Notes: generated from the sequence alone by a model not told the origin. Positions 11,207 through 22,504 are shown, counted from the first letter of the stretch. The stretch is DNA of 64,000 nucleotides from Nitrospirales bacterium (GCA_965203295.1 CBDBCZ010000019.1:2240001-2304000), one strand, 5' to 3'. Numbers and translations: made by a program.

Positions 11207-12400
11207 ATGAGAATTACCAAACAAACCATTGATCAAATCGATATAAGAGGAAAGCGGGTCATCATTCGCGTAGACTTTAACGTGCCCATAGATGACGCCC
11301 TTCAAATTACCGACGACTCCAGAATCAGAGCAGCACTCCCAACGATTAACCATGTGGTCGATGAAGGAGGCAGTGTCATCCTGTGCTCCCACCTCGGTCG
11401 TCCCAAGGGGGAACCACGGCCAGAGTGTAGTCTGGCACCTTTAGCCAAACGCCTAAAACGCCTGTTAGGGAAAGATGTGATTTTTGCAACCGATTGTATC
11501 GGCCCAATTGTCAAAAATTTGGTCAGTCAATTAAAGCCAGGTGATGTCCTGCTTCTGGAAAATCTTCGTTTCCACCCTGGAGAAGAGCAAAATGACGAGA
11601 CGTTTTCTGCTGAATTGGCTTCCCTCGGTGACATCTACATTAATGAGGCGTTTGGAACTGCCCATCGATCGCATGCCTCAACCGTGGGAATCACGAAATT
11701 CATGAAAGTCGCTGCAGTCGGGTATCTCATGAAACGGGAAGTGGAATACCTCGAGGGATCTGTCGAAAATCCTACCAGACCATTCGTCGCTATTTTGGGA
11801 GGAGCAAAAGTATCTGGGAAGATCGGGGTGATTGAAAATCTCGGGAAACGAGTGGATAAAGTCATCATTGGGGGCGGCATGGCATTTACGTTTATTAAGG
11901 CCATGGGTCTCGAGATCGGGCGTTCGTTGGTTGAGGATGACATGCTGGAATTCGCCCAAGGTGTTCAAGACCATGCCCTTTCCCGAGGCGTGAAATTCTA
12001 CCTTCCCGTTGATTGCGTTGTCGCAGCCAGCTTAGATCCTGGAGCTGAAACAAAAATTGTTCCTGTTCAAGAAATCCCAGATGGATGGTATGGTATGGAT
12101 ATTGGACCCGCGTCAGTCAGGCTGTTCGGGGAAGCGGTTCAAAATGCCAAGACAGTCCTCTGGAACGGACCGATGGGTGTATTTGAACGTGATGCGTTCT
12201 CCCGGGGAACATTTGCTATAGCCCACGCGGTCGCAAATGCATACGCCATGACCATTATTGGCGGAGGGGAGACTGCTCTCGCTGTGCACCGTGCTGGCGA
12301 ATCCGAAAGCATGTCATTTATTTCTACAGGTGGCGGTGCAGCCCTACAACTTCTGGAGGGAAAGGACATGCCAGGGCTAGCTGCCCTTCCCACCATCTAG
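11207..12400 (+). CDS. pgk: Phosphoglycerate kinase
   Basis: RVDFNVP, LLENLRF and ISTGGGA motifs. Confidence 0.98.
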   Translation: MRITKQTIDQIDIRGKRVIIRVDFNVPIDDALQITDDSRIRAALPTINHVVDEGGSVILCSHLGRPKGEPRPECSLAPLAKRLKRLLGKDVIFATDCIGPIVKNLVSQLKPGDVLLLENLRFHPGEEQNDETFSAELASLGDIYINEAFGTAHRSHASTVGITKFMKVAAVGYLMKREVEYLEGSVENPTRPFVAILGGAKVSGKIGVIENLGKRVDKVIIGGGMAFTFIKAMGLEIGRSLVEDDMLEFAQGVQDHALSRGVKFYLPVDCVVAASLDPGAETKIVPVQEIPDGWYGMDIGPASVRLFGEAVQNAKTVLWNGPMGVFERDAFSRGTFAIAHAVANAYAMTIIGGGETALAVHRAGESESMSFISTGGGAALQLLEGKDMPGLAALPTI

Positions 12401-12425
12401 ACATTTCTCTTCACATCCCTATCGC

Positions 12426-13205
12426 GTGTTAAGAGGCCTATCACCCTTGACAATTCCATTGGTCGTTGCAAACTGGAAAATGAACAAAACCGTTTCTGAC
12501 GCCACGGGTTTGGTTGAAAAATTTCTCGAAATTGCTCCACTGTCACTCCAAGTAGAAGTTGCCCTTGCCCCTCCCTTCGTAGCTCTCTACACAGTTGGGG
12601 CATTACTGGAGAACACACCCTACAAATTCGCTGCTCAAAATGTATTTTGGGAAAGTGAGGGGGCCTATACAGGCGAAATTTCGCCGCCTATGCTGAGAGA
12701 CCTTGGCTGCCACTACGTCATTCTTGGTCATTCCGAGCGACGTCAAATTTTCAGAGAAACCAACGGAGAGGTGAACAACAAGGTGGTATCCGTCCTCAAA
12801 CACAACCTCTTTCCTATTCTTTGTGTTGGAGAAACCCTAGGGGAACGAGAGAATAATCGGATAACCGCCGTTATCAAGGAACAGCTTTTGACCAGCCTTC
12901 GGGGTGTATCGGATCAGGAAATTCAAAACGTGACGATCGCATACGAACCAGTCTGGGCCATCGGTACCGGTCATGCGGCAAGTGTGGCGCAAGTGGAAGA
13001 GGTTCATCAATTTATCCGGAAGACGATTGACAGCCAGTGGGGCCAGCAACTCGACACGCGCATCTTATATGGGGGCAGTGTCTCTCCGACGAATGCGGGA
13101 GAGTTGTTTGGGTCTGATCAAGTGAATGGGGCGTTGGTCGGCAAGGCTTGCCTAGATCCAGAATCCTTTGCTAAACTTATTAACTTAGCATCTCCAAACA
13201 CTTAG
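12426..13205 (+). CDS. tpiA: Triosephosphate isomerase
   Basis: NWKMN, GHSERR, AYEPVWAIGTG and YGGSV motifs. Confidence 0.97.
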   Translation: MLRGLSPLTIPLVVANWKMNKTVSDATGLVEKFLEIAPLSLQVEVALAPPFVALYTVGALLENTPYKFAAQNVFWESEGAYTGEISPPMLRDLGCHYVILGHSERRQIFRETNGEVNNKVVSVLKHNLFPILCVGETLGERENNRITAVIKEQLLTSLRGVSDQEIQNVTIAYEPVWAIGTGHAASVAQVEEVHQFIRKTIDSQWGQQLDTRILYGGSVSPTNAGELFGSDQVNGALVGKACLDPESFAKLINLASPNT

Positions 13206-13228
13206 TCACTCATTCTCATCACAAGACG

Positions 13229-13576
13229 ATGTATACGGTCACGGTTGTTCTACATTTGATTGTCTGCTTTCTCATGATTGCGGCAATCCTGCTTCAATCC
13301 GGCAAAGGGGCTGAAATTGGTGCTGCCTTTGGTGGATCAAGCCAAACGGTCTTTGGAAGTCGGGGGCCTGGAACATTTTTAAGCAAGGTCACGGTGGCAG
13401 CTGCCATTATCTTCATGCTCACATCACTCGGATTAGCCGTTCTTTCAAAAAGAGACATGGGTTCTTCGGTTATCGACTTACAAACACCAGCTGGTGAAGC
13501 TTCATCTCAAGACAAAACCTCTGAGTCCACTTCTTCCTCTGAACCAGCCCCAACGCCAGAACTAGCTACCCCATAA
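13229..13576 (+). CDS. secG: Preprotein translocase subunit SecG
   Basis: LLQSGKGA..GAAFGG motif, two TM helices, position after tpiA. Confidence 0.95.
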   Translation: MYTVTVVLHLIVCFLMIAAILLQSGKGAEIGAAFGGSSQTVFGSRGPGTFLSKVTVAAAIIFMLTSLGLAVLSKRDMGSSVIDLQTPAGEASSQDKTSESTSSSEPAPTPELATP

Positions 13577-13708
13577 CCTCATCTGACATTCTGTTTTTAG
13601 GAATCACTTCTGCCCCATCACCGCATTTCAATGGCGCGTTGCTGGTGCCGAGGGAAAGAATCCCATTTGTTCGATAACGGGTGAAGGGAAGTAAAGAGAG
13701 GGAGGGGC

Positions 13709-14623
13709 TTAAACTGGTGTCAACCAGGAAGCATGCGAGGCATCTTTACCTTGCACGACATCAAAAAAAGTTTTTTGCAACACACTGGTCATGGGGCCAC
13801 GTTTCCCATCACCAATTTGGCGATTATCAATCTCTCTCACAGGAGTCAATTCTGCCGCCGTCCCGGTTAAAAATACTTCATCTGCCACATACATCGCATC
13901 ACGCGCGAAGCGTTCTTCGACCACGGTGATTTTTCTTTCCCGCGCTAACTCCATGACTGCATTTCTCGTGATTCCCTCAAGTATTGAGGTCAGTGGCGTG
14001 GTGAGCAGAACTCCTTTGCGGACAATAAACACATTTTCACCAGTGCCTTCTGCCACGTAGCCGTCAGGATCTAACAGAATGGATTCCTCATACCCGGCAC
14101 TTTTCGCTTCGCATTTCGCAAGAATGGAGTTGACATAATGTCCTGACACTTTGGCACGGGTCATTGAGACATTCACATGATGACGCGCAAAAGAGGAGAT
14201 TTTGGCGCGAATACCATGAGTCAGAGCTTCTTCTCCAAGGTATGTTCCCCAGGGCCAGGCCGCAATGGCGAGCCGAATGGGATTATTCCCAGGATACAAC
14301 CCCATTTCTCCATACCCGATGTAGGCTAATGGTCGGATATACCCAGACTCCAAACGATTCACCAGAACCGTCTCAACAATGGCATCAGCGACATCCTTCT
14401 TGCTGAAGGGAATCTTGAACATGGCAATATGGGCGGACTCAAACAATCGATCCACATGCTCTTGCAGCTTGAAAATGGCCGAATGAACTGACCCTTTGTA
14501 GCACCGAATTCCCTCAAACGCTGCTAATCCATAGTGAAGGGAATGCGTCAATACATGGACCGAAGCCTCATTCCAATCGACGAATTTGCCATCCATCCAA
14601 ATTTTTTCAGTAGGAGCTAGCAT
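13709..14623 (-). CDS. ilvE: Branched-chain amino acid aminotransferase
   Basis: LHYG..AFEGIR, EGTGENVF, LEGITR and GTAAE motifs. Confidence 0.96.
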   Translation of the reverse strand: MLAPTEKIWMDGKFVDWNEASVHVLTHSLHYGLAAFEGIRCYKGSVHSAIFKLQEHVDRLFESAHIAMFKIPFSKKDVADAIVETVLVNRLESGYIRPLAYIGYGEMGLYPGNNPIRLAIAAWPWGTYLGEEALTHGIRAKISSFARHHVNVSMTRAKVSGHYVNSILAKCEAKSAGYEESILLDPDGYVAEGTGENVFIVRKGVLLTTPLTSILEGITRNAVMELARERKITVVEERFARDAMYVADEVFLTGTAAELTPVREIDNRQIGDGKRGPMTSVLQKTFFDVVQGKDASHASWLTPV

Positions 14624-14682
14624 GTGAACCGCCAAACCCTTCCATCTGGTTAGATAAGTTCTGAATGCCTGACTGTGTCCTA

Positions 14683-14711
14683 TTTATATCGAGGGGCTCG
14701 AATCCTGTCAA
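14683..14711 (-). promoter_or_regulatory. Sigma70-like promoter of ilvE
   Basis: Minus strand reads TTGACA-17 nt-TATAAA. Confidence 0.65.
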
Positions 14712-14803
14712 TGACATCACTATTTTGGCTAGGATCAGTCCCTCGCTTGACACCTTTTCAGGCCGCATGATAGAAGTCTTTGAAAATAAGGAAGAAGAGA
14801 ACC

Positions 14804-15118
14804 ATGTATGCCATCGTTGAAACTGGAGGAAAGCAATATCGGGTTGAACCAGGAGCCACGCTCCAAGTCGAATCCCTACATGCAGAAGTCGGAGATGTCG
14901 TCGAGTTACGACCCGTACGATTTATCTCGGGAGAACAAGGTGCCAAGTTAGGTCAACCTGTTATTGATCAAGCTCACGTCAAAGCCACAGTCCTGAGAAA
15001 CGGACGAACTCGATCAATCACGATCTTTAAGAAAAAACGACGGAAGAATTACCGACGAACCAAAGGGCATCGTCAGGAGTTTTCGCATATTCGCATCGAT
15101 GAGATTGTTTCAGCCTAA
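14804..15118 (+). CDS. rplU: 50S ribosomal protein L21
   Basis: MYAIVETGGKQY and KGHRQ motifs. Confidence 0.97.
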   Translation: MYAIVETGGKQYRVEPGATLQVESLHAEVGDVVELRPVRFISGEQGAKLGQPVIDQAHVKATVLRNGRTRSITIFKKKRRKNYRRTKGHRQEFSHIRIDEIVSA

Positions 15119-15137
15119 ATTTTAAACGGAGAAGGGT

Positions 15138-15392
15138 ATGGCGCATAAAAAAGGTGGTGGGTCTTCACGAAACGGTCGTGACAGCAATCCTCAATACTTA
15201 GGTGTCAAACGGTATGCTGGTGAACAGGTGAGCCCAGGGTGTATCATCGTTCGACAACGAGGGACGAAATTTCATCCTGGCTTGAATGTTGGGCTCGGGA
15301 AAGACCATACGCTGTTTAGCAAGATCCAGGGTGTGGTGAAATTTGAAGGAGACACCGTCCGTCGACGTGTGAGTGTGTATCCCCCCGCCTAG
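15138..15392 (+). CDS. rpmA: 50S ribosomal protein L27
   Basis: [17 protein letters not shown]-terminus. Confidence 0.98.
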   Translation: MAHKKGGGSSRNGRDSNPQYLGVKRYAGEQVSPGCIIVRQRGTKFHPGLNVGLGKDHTLFSKIQGVVKFEGDTVRRRVSVYPPA

Positions 15393-15482
15393 GTTCTTCA
15401 TTTTCTGTATCTTCCTACGCCCCTTCGACATATCATCTTTCTCTTTCCTAAGACTTCACTCGAGAGGAAAATCTTTTTCGCC

Positions 15483-16505
15483 ATGTTTATAGACCAGGCC
15501 AAGATCTTTGTGGCAGCCGGGAAAGGGGGAGACGGGGCCTCCAGTTTTCGCCGCGAAAAGTTTGTCCCCTTCGGAGGTCCTGATGGAGGAGACGGGGGAA
15601 ACGGGGGAAATGTCGTGATGACAGCATCCAGTCGAATCACGACTCTTCTGGATTTGAAATATCAACGGCATTATGAAGCCCAGGCAGGTCAGCCTGGACA
15701 AGGGTCGAACTGTCACGGTCGATCAGGTAGCCATACGGTGATTCACGTCCCAGCCGGTACACTCGTTCGGGACGAAAAAACCGACAGACTCCTGGCAGAT
15801 TTTACCCATAACGGACAGTCCACCATCATCGCCCATGGCGGTCGGGGGGGGAAAGGGAATGCGAGATTCGTCAGTAGCACGAACCGGGCTCCGAGACAGT
15901 ATGAGACAGGAACGCCGGGCGAAAGTCTGTACCTCAAACTTGAGCTTAAACTCCTGGCGGATGTGGGTTTAGTCGGCTTTCCCAACGCAGGAAAATCAAC
16001 CTTTATCTCTTCGGTTTCAGCTGCCCGTCCGGAAGTCGGCGCGTACCCCTTTACCACGCTCCGTCCCTATTTAGGCGTCGTGGCCCAGGAGGACTACAGC
16101 AGCTTTGTCATCGCAGATATTCCAGGCCTTATTCAGGGAGCGCACGAAGGAAAAGGGTTAGGCCTTCAATTCCTTCGCCACATCCAACGAACCGCTATCC
16201 TCTTGTATTTAATCGATGGATCAGAATGGGCAACTGAAGACCCGACGGTTAGTTTTAAAATCCTCCGACACGAATTAGCAGAGTTTGATCCGATCCTTCT
16301 ACAACGGCCATTTGCCATTGTAGGGACGAAATTTGATATTCAGGGGAATGGCAAGAATTTTCAAACATTACAGTCGTTTTGCGAGGAGGAACGTATTCCT
16401 TATTTCTCAGTCTCAGCTGTGACACGAAAGGGACTAGAACAACTTCTTCAATTTGTTGGACAACATGTTGAAAAAGGCCGATCGGCATGCGCGAGCAATG
16501 GTTAA
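15483..16505 (+). CDS. obgE: GTPase ObgE
   Basis: Gly-rich Obg fold, GFPNAGKS and DIPG motifs. Confidence 0.97.
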   Translation: MFIDQAKIFVAAGKGGDGASSFRREKFVPFGGPDGGDGGNGGNVVMTASSRITTLLDLKYQRHYEAQAGQPGQGSNCHGRSGSHTVIHVPAGTLVRDEKTDRLLADFTHNGQSTIIAHGGRGGKGNARFVSSTNRAPRQYETGTPGESLYLKLELKLLADVGLVGFPNAGKSTFISSVSAARPEVGAYPFTTLRPYLGVVAQEDYSSFVIADIPGLIQGAHEGKGLGLQFLRHIQRTAILLYLIDGSEWATEDPTVSFKILRHELAEFDPILLQRPFAIVGTKFDIQGNGKNFQTLQSFCEEERIPYFSVSAVTRKGLEQLLQFVGQHVEKGRSACASNG

Positions 16506-17608
16506 CCGAATCTAAACGAATTGTTGTCAAGATCGGAAGCAGTCTTGTCGCTTCTCGTCAAGAAGGGCTCAGAACAGCCCAAATCGATCGACTCGCGCAA
16601 GAACTTGCTATGCTCATGGGCCATGATCGAGAAATCGTGGTTGTCTCGTCTGGCGCGATTGTCGCGGGAATAGAAAAACTCGGGTTGTCTTCTTATCCCC
16701 AAACGCTCCCCTTAAAACAAGCCTGTGCCGCATCAGGGCAAAGTCAGCTTATCCATGCCTACGAACGTTCCTTCGAAGGCATTGGGAAGAAGGTGGCACA
16801 AGTTCTACTCACCCATCAGGATTTAGCTGACCGCAAACGTTTTTTAAACGCCAGACATACGTTAACCACATTAATTCAATACGATATCATTCCCATCATT
16901 AACGAGAATGACACGGTATCTGTAGAGGAAATACGTTTTGGAGATAATGATTCTTTGGCAGGACAAGTTGCCCACCTTGTCGATGCCGACCTGTTGGTGA
17001 TTCTTTCTGATGTTGACGGACTGTTTACCGAAGACCCTCGTCGGAACCTTGCAGCGACACTTATCCCTCTTTTGGAATCTATTAACGAGGACATTCTTGG
17101 CTGTGCAGGGGAATCTCGGACAGAGGAAAGCACTGGTGGAATGGTGACGAAGGTTCAGGCAGCCCAACATGCTGCCAAGTTCGGAGTACCGACTCTGATC
17201 ACGAACGGAGAAAATCCAGGGCTTCTTCCTTCCATCCTGACGGGCGATACACCCGGAACGGTGTTTTCTCCACAGAAAAAACCTCTTCCAAGTCGAAAAC
17301 ACTGGATCGCGTTTACCGTTCGTCCTAAAGGGCAGGTGTTCTTGGATGATGGCGCTGTACAGGCACTACGACACCGAGGGAAGAGTCTGCTTCCATCTGG
17401 CATCTTGGAGGTCAAAGGGAACTTTCTGCCAGGGGATCCGGTATCCTGTATAGACACAAACCTCAAGGAATTTGCAAAAGGCCTCGTGAATTATTCAGCC
17501 GAAACGCTTCAAAGGATCAAAGGGAAAAAATCTTCCAATAACCCGGCAGCCCTTGGAGGCCGAGAATATGAAGAAGTGATCCATCGAGACAACCTCGCGC
17601 TCTTGTAA
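16487..17608 (+). CDS. proB: Glutamate 5-kinase
   Basis: VVKIGSS, NENDTV, FGDND and a PUA domain. Confidence 0.96.
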   Translation: MREQWLTESKRIVVKIGSSLVASRQEGLRTAQIDRLAQELAMLMGHDREIVVVSSGAIVAGIEKLGLSSYPQTLPLKQACAASGQSQLIHAYERSFEGIGKKVAQVLLTHQDLADRKRFLNARHTLTTLIQYDIIPIINENDTVSVEEIRFGDNDSLAGQVAHLVDADLLVILSDVDGLFTEDPRRNLAATLIPLLESINEDILGCAGESRTEESTGGMVTKVQAAQHAAKFGVPTLITNGENPGLLPSILTGDTPGTVFSPQKKPLPSRKHWIAFTVRPKGQVFLDDGAVQALRHRGKSLLPSGILEVKGNFLPGDPVSCIDTNLKEFAKGLVNYSAETLQRIKGKKSSNNPAALGGREYEEVIHRDNLALL

Positions 17609-17673
17609 ATGACCTTTTTCATGGACTACCGTTTCCAAATTCCACTTTTCTTCACTGTTTATTCCTAACACCC

Positions 17674-18348
17674 ATGCGTGTCGGTCTACTAGGAGGAACC
17701 TTTAACCCCATCCACACTTGTCATCTCGTCGTGGCTGAACAAACCCAGGAACGTCTCCTCCTGGATGAAGTCATGTTTATCCCAACAGGCGATCCTCCCC
17801 ATAAGCCGTCTCATTCGTTAGCCCCCTCCCACCATCGACTGACTATGGTCCAATTAGCCACAGCCGATTTTAAGAACTTTTCAGTTTCGGCAATCGAATC
17901 CTATTCGACCCAAAAATGCTACACGATCGATACCTTGAAGCAACTCCGCCAAGAGCATTCACCGGAAACCGAATTCTTTTTCATTATCGGCCTTGATGCA
18001 TTTTTGGAATTGCCTAGTTGGAAATATGCGACACAGGTCTTGACGCTGGCCAACTTTGTGGTGATTTCTAGGCCCAACACCCAGTTTAAGGACTTATCCT
18101 CTCTCTCCCTTTTACCACCCCTACCACACTCTTCCTTACAAGACTTAGATACAGGCGTTCTCTCTCGATCTGATACCACCACGTCAAAGATGACGAGTTT
18201 GATTCTGCTTGGTTTGCCGCCGTGTGAAATCTCTTCATCTGCAGTCAGGAACCGATTAATGCTGGGATTGCCCCTCCACGATTGGTTGCCCCCTTCTGTT
18301 GAATCCTATATAATTGAACACAAGCTTTATGACGTCCACACAGTATAA
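17674..18348 (+). CDS. nadD: Nicotinate-nucleotide adenylyltransferase
   Basis: GGTFNPIH, PPHK and ISSS.VR motifs; conserved synteny. Confidence 0.93.
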   Translation: MRVGLLGGTFNPIHTCHLVVAEQTQERLLLDEVMFIPTGDPPHKPSHSLAPSHHRLTMVQLATADFKNFSVSAIESYSTQKCYTIDTLKQLRQEHSPETEFFFIIGLDAFLELPSWKYATQVLTLANFVVISRPNTQFKDLSSLSLLPPLPHSSLQDLDTGVLSRSDTTTSKMTSLILLGLPPCEISSSAVRNRLMLGLPLHDWLPPSVESYIIEHKLYDVHTV

Positions 18349-18772
18349 CGATCTTTCCACCACCATCCATTCAAAAGCCCTGGTCATCGGTCGCACAGCC
18401 CTTGAGAAAAAAGCCACAGATGTGGTGATCCTGAAGGTAGGGTCGCTCACTCCTGTGGCCGATTTTTTTATCTTTTGTTCTGGAAATTCAGAACGCCAGG
18501 TCAGAGCCATTGCCGATGCGATTGATAGTGAAGTCTCGCGGTTATATTCCTCCAATGCGACCATTGAGGGAGAAACCTCGGCCACGTGGATTTTGATGGA
18601 CTATGGCGATATTGTGGTCCATATCTTTCAGGAAGAAATTCGGTCCTATTATGGAATTGAAAACATGTGGAGAGATGCAGAACAAATCCCAGTTTCCGAG
18701 TTTGAACCATCTCTTCCATCTAGCCTACCGAGACCCACACAGCCTTTATGTATGAAGGTCGTTCACCACTAA
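18329..18772 (+). CDS. rsfS: Ribosome silencing factor
   Basis: WILMDYGDIVVHIF...R.YY.IE.MW motif. Confidence 0.94.
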   Translation: MTSTQYNDLSTTIHSKALVIGRTALEKKATDVVILKVGSLTPVADFFIFCSGNSERQVRAIADAIDSEVSRLYSSNATIEGETSATWILMDYGDIVVHIFQEEIRSYYGIENMWRDAEQIPVSEFEPSLPSSLPRPTQPLCMKVVHH

Positions 18773-18916
18773 CGTCCGTGGTATCACCAACCCTGTTGTG
18801 ATGTTGTTGGAAAGATATGTCTTCTCATGTGGGCGTGAGAGCGAACAATCATTCTTTTTCTTCGCTCACCTTCGATAAGGTGGAACTTTTACCTCCGATC
18901 CTTCAGGAGAATTTCT

Positions 18917-19915
18917 ATGATGAACAAACACGAGCTTGCCGATAAGGTCTTAGGTGGAGAATCCATTCAACGTTCGGAGTGTTTAGACATTCTTCAAACA
19001 CCGAAGGAGCAATTACTTGACCTTCTCAGCGCAGCCTACCGAATACGCCACAAGTACTTTGGCCAAAAGGTCACACTCCAAATGTTACTCAACGCCAAAA
19101 GTGGAGCCTGTCAAGAAGATTGTCATTACTGCTCACAGTCATCAATCTCTTCGGCTCCTATTGAGCGATACAGTTTAGTATCAGCAGACGAGATGGTTGA
19201 GAATGCACGGAAAGCCGCAAAGGCTAAGGCACAAAGATATTGCATCGTTATCAGTGGCCGAGGGCCTCTTGACCGGGAAATCTCTGAAATCTCGACAGCC
19301 GTTCAACACATCAAGGAAGAACTTCCTCTTCAAGTGTGCTGTTCCCTTGGATTATTAACGGATCAGCAAGCCCGACAATTAAAAGAGGCGGGGGTTGACC
19401 GGATTAACCATAACCTTAACACGAGCGAAGCGTATCACTCTTCTATTTGCACCACCCATACCTTTCATGATCGATTGAACACGCTCAAAGTCGCCAGAGC
19501 CGCTGGGCTGGAATTGTGTTCAGGAGGGATCATTGGAATGGGGGAAAAGGATGAAGATCTTGTGGACTTGGCCTTTGCCTTACGAGAAGTCAACCCAGAC
19601 TCGATTCCTCTCAATATGCTCCATCCGGCCCTTGATACCCCCCTTGAAGACTGTCATGACCTTACGCCTTCTCGGTGCCTGACCGTGCTCAGTATGTTCC
19701 GGTTTGTCCACCCTCAACGAGAATTACGGGTGGCGGGAGGTCGGGAGTTTAACCTTGGTTCTCTTCAGGCCTTGTCTCTCTATGTCGCAGACTCTCTTTT
19801 TGTCGGGGGATACCTCACAACACCAGGCCAAGCCCCACCAGATGTTTGGAATATGATTGAAGAGATGGGCTTTGAAGTGGAAGTCGGACAGACCCCATCC
19901 TTGGCCAATTCATAA
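18917..19915 (+). CDS. bioB: Biotin synthase
   Basis: CQEDCHYC, NHNLNTS, CSGGIIGMGE and R.AGGRE motifs. Confidence 0.96.
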   Translation: MMNKHELADKVLGGESIQRSECLDILQTPKEQLLDLLSAAYRIRHKYFGQKVTLQMLLNAKSGACQEDCHYCSQSSISSAPIERYSLVSADEMVENARKAAKAKAQRYCIVISGRGPLDREISEISTAVQHIKEELPLQVCCSLGLLTDQQARQLKEAGVDRINHNLNTSEAYHSSICTTHTFHDRLNTLKVARAAGLELCSGGIIGMGEKDEDLVDLAFALREVNPDSIPLNMLHPALDTPLEDCHDLTPSRCLTVLSMFRFVHPQRELRVAGGREFNLGSLQALSLYVADSLFVGGYLTTPGQAPPDVWNMIEEMGFEVEVGQTPSLANS

Positions 19916-19927
19916 GAGCCCATTTTT

Positions 19928-22504
19928 TTACTCGCACCGCAATCCTTCGCCGATTGATTGCCGAACCGCCCATCTCGCGGGAAAGACCCCTGCGAGCAAC
20001 ACCGCAAGAATCCCGATCCCTCCAGCCTGTCCTAATATCTTCCATGGCAGTGTGAAGTGGATGGTCCATCCAAATGACTGTTTGTTAATGACCTCAATCA
20101 AGAGTACGGCAAGCAAAAGACCTCCGAGCAAACCAAGTACAGCACCGAGAGAGCCCAAGTAGAGGGATTCCCAAAACACCAATTGCTGAATTTGTTCTCC
20201 ACCAGCACCCACCGCACGAAATGTCGATAATTCACGCTGTCGTTCCATTATCGAGGTCACCAAAGTATTGATGATTCCAAGGATGGCCACGACCATGGCA
20301 ATGAATTCCAGTCCATAGGTCACTCGAAAGGTCCGGTCAAAAATATCTAGAATTTCCGATCGAAGTTCCTTGTTACTAATGATCACGACTGGCCACTCAG
20401 ATTGTAAAATCTGTTCGAGACGCTCGCCCACCAACGAAGAGTTGACCCCATCATCCACATACACAGCTAAAACAGTGGCACCTGACTTTCCCCAAAACTG
20501 ATGGTACAGACTTCGATCCATGACGACCTTACCGCCGTCAATGGCATAATCGTAAAACACTCCCAGGACGGGAAAGAGCGTATTGCCCCCGGGAGTCGAA
20601 AGGGTAATGGAATCACCTTTTTTGACCCCAAGATCATGTGATAACACCTCAGAAATGATGACCCCGCCCTTATCCCTACTCCGTGTCAGAATTTCATCGG
20701 AACGGCCATCCATAAAAAGGTATTGACTGCGTCGAGCATGAATAGAAAAATCTCGTGCCACCAAGGATATATTCCTACCTGCGACAGTACTTGGCACCTG
20801 ATAATACGGGTCGACTTCAGCCACACCTGGAATTGTCTTCACTTTAGGAATAAGGGACAAAGGCAGTCCATTCATCTGACCTCCCTCTTCCTGACCACCT
20901 AGCCAGGAAAAGGGGGTCACAATCAGATTGGCCATAAGGGTTTGGTCAATCCAAATCTCCACGGTGTCACGAAAACTCTGGACCATGGTTCCCACACCGA
21001 CGATCAGTGCAAGCCCGACCATGAGAACCGACAGCGCGACACTATTTCGTCCTGGAGTTTTGATCATTTGATCCGCCGCTAGACGGCTCAACATTCCTGT
21101 CTGTCCCCTGCATTTCGTTTTCATGATAATCTTCAGGGCTTGCAACATGACGGGGCCCAAAAAAGAGCATGCCAGTAAAAGACAAAACGCCGAACCGTAT
21201 CCCCACACGGGAATTCCTTCAATGGATTCGGGGATAGTCAAAACACCGGCAAGAAAAAACAACCCCACGGCGAACCCCAAGGCCTTCCCAAGGTGCTGAG
21301 TTTGGCTCTCCTCGTACCCACCTGGTGCTAAGGCCCTTGAAGGGGACGTTGTCGCTGCATCCCAGCAGGGGTTCATGGCTCCTAACAAAGCAATGCCCAT
21401 TCCTAAGAGACCCCCCACCCCATAGAAAGCCAAGGGCATTTGAATACCTTTGACCGAAACGGAGGTATAGAGTTCAGACACATTCGAGCTCACTAAGCTC
21501 AAGAAATGTTCAGAAAGCAACGCTCCTAATCCACTTCCAAGCACCCCTCCGACAAACCCGATAATACCGGCCTCGCCGAGGTACAGCAGGCTTATTTGTT
21601 TTCGAGACATGCCCATGGCACGCAGAATTCCGATTTCTCTACGATACTGCACGACGGAAAAGGACACCGCGTTATAGACGAGAAAAACCCCGACAAAGAG
21701 TCCGACTGTGCTCAATGTCCCCAGATTGAACTGAAAGGTATGAATCATCCGTTCAACTTGTTGATTGCGCTGTGATGGACGCCCCACGTTCGCCTCTGCC
21801 TGAAGGACATGTCTCACCGACTCGACAATCTGATCAACGTCGTAATCAGATTCTGTGACAAGATCAATGCGGTCTAAACGCTCCACCATGTTGAACAAGA
21901 GTTGTGCAGTCGCAATGTCCACAAAGCCCATATTGTCCCAACGCGACGTCATCTGATCACTTTCCCTGACGATCCCCCGGACGACAAAGTTGATGAGACG
22001 GTCATCAACACTCATGGTTAAGGAGTCTCCAACCTCTACACTCAACTCCGTTGCCAGAGACGTACCGAGGAATAAGGCCTGAGGGGAAAGAAAATCCTCC
22101 AATAACAGATCCTGCTCGTCCTGAACGTCCAACTGCACATCATTCATAATGGCCACATCCAAAAGATCCAGACCCCAAAGAGAAAAAGCCTTCCCTTTTT
22201 GAGAACCAGTAGGGATTACCGCGACCTTTTGAATCACAGGACTGGCCTGTCGGATGCCTGGGAGCTGACGCACCTTCGTAATCCATCGTTCATCAACCTC
22301 AAAATTTCCTCCAGAAATTTGAACGGAGACATTCCCGGTGACAGTTGAGACGGATTGTTCAAATGACCGAAGGACTTCAGTATTCGAGAGACGCATGGCA
22401 ATGGCAGCAGAAATACCAACTGCCACACCCACGATCGTCAAACCTGTCCGAAACGGACGATTACGCAGATGATGGATAGCCAGAACTAAGAGGGGACTAC
22501 GCAT
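19928..22504 (-). CDS. FtsX/MacB-like ABC transporter permease (double domain)
   Basis: Two RRE(I/L)..LRA.G motifs and many TM segments; 858 aa. Confidence 0.92.
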   Translation of the reverse strand: MRSPLLVLAIHHLRNRPFRTGLTIVGVAVGISAAIAMRLSNTEVLRSFEQSVSTVTGNVSVQISGGNFEVDERWITKVRQLPGIRQASPVIQKVAVIPTGSQKGKAFSLWGLDLLDVAIMNDVQLDVQDEQDLLLEDFLSPQALFLGTSLATELSVEVGDSLTMSVDDRLINFVVRGIVRESDQMTSRWDNMGFVDIATAQLLFNMVERLDRIDLVTESDYDVDQIVESVRHVLQAEANVGRPSQRNQQVERMIHTFQFNLGTLSTVGLFVGVFLVYNAVSFSVVQYRREIGILRAMGMSRKQISLLYLGEAGIIGFVGGVLGSGLGALLSEHFLSLVSSNVSELYTSVSVKGIQMPLAFYGVGGLLGMGIALLGAMNPCWDAATTSPSRALAPGGYEESQTQHLGKALGFAVGLFFLAGVLTIPESIEGIPVWGYGSAFCLLLACSFLGPVMLQALKIIMKTKCRGQTGMLSRLAADQMIKTPGRNSVALSVLMVGLALIVGVGTMVQSFRDTVEIWIDQTLMANLIVTPFSWLGGQEEGGQMNGLPLSLIPKVKTIPGVAEVDPYYQVPSTVAGRNISLVARDFSIHARRSQYLFMDGRSDEILTRSRDKGGVIISEVLSHDLGVKKGDSITLSTPGGNTLFPVLGVFYDYAIDGGKVVMDRSLYHQFWGKSGATVLAVYVDDGVNSSLVGERLEQILQSEWPVVIISNKELRSEILDIFDRTFRVTYGLEFIAMVVAILGIINTLVTSIMERQRELSTFRAVGAGGEQIQQLVFWESLYLGSLGAVLGLLGGLLLAVLLIEVINKQSFGWTIHFTLPWKILGQAGGIGILAVLLAGVFPARWAVRQSIGEGLRCE

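Noticed and set aside
13643..13662. tggtgccgagggaaagaatc resembling the reverse complement of a tRNA 3' end
   Set aside because: Only about 20 nt, no intact T-loop and no matching tRNA in the window.
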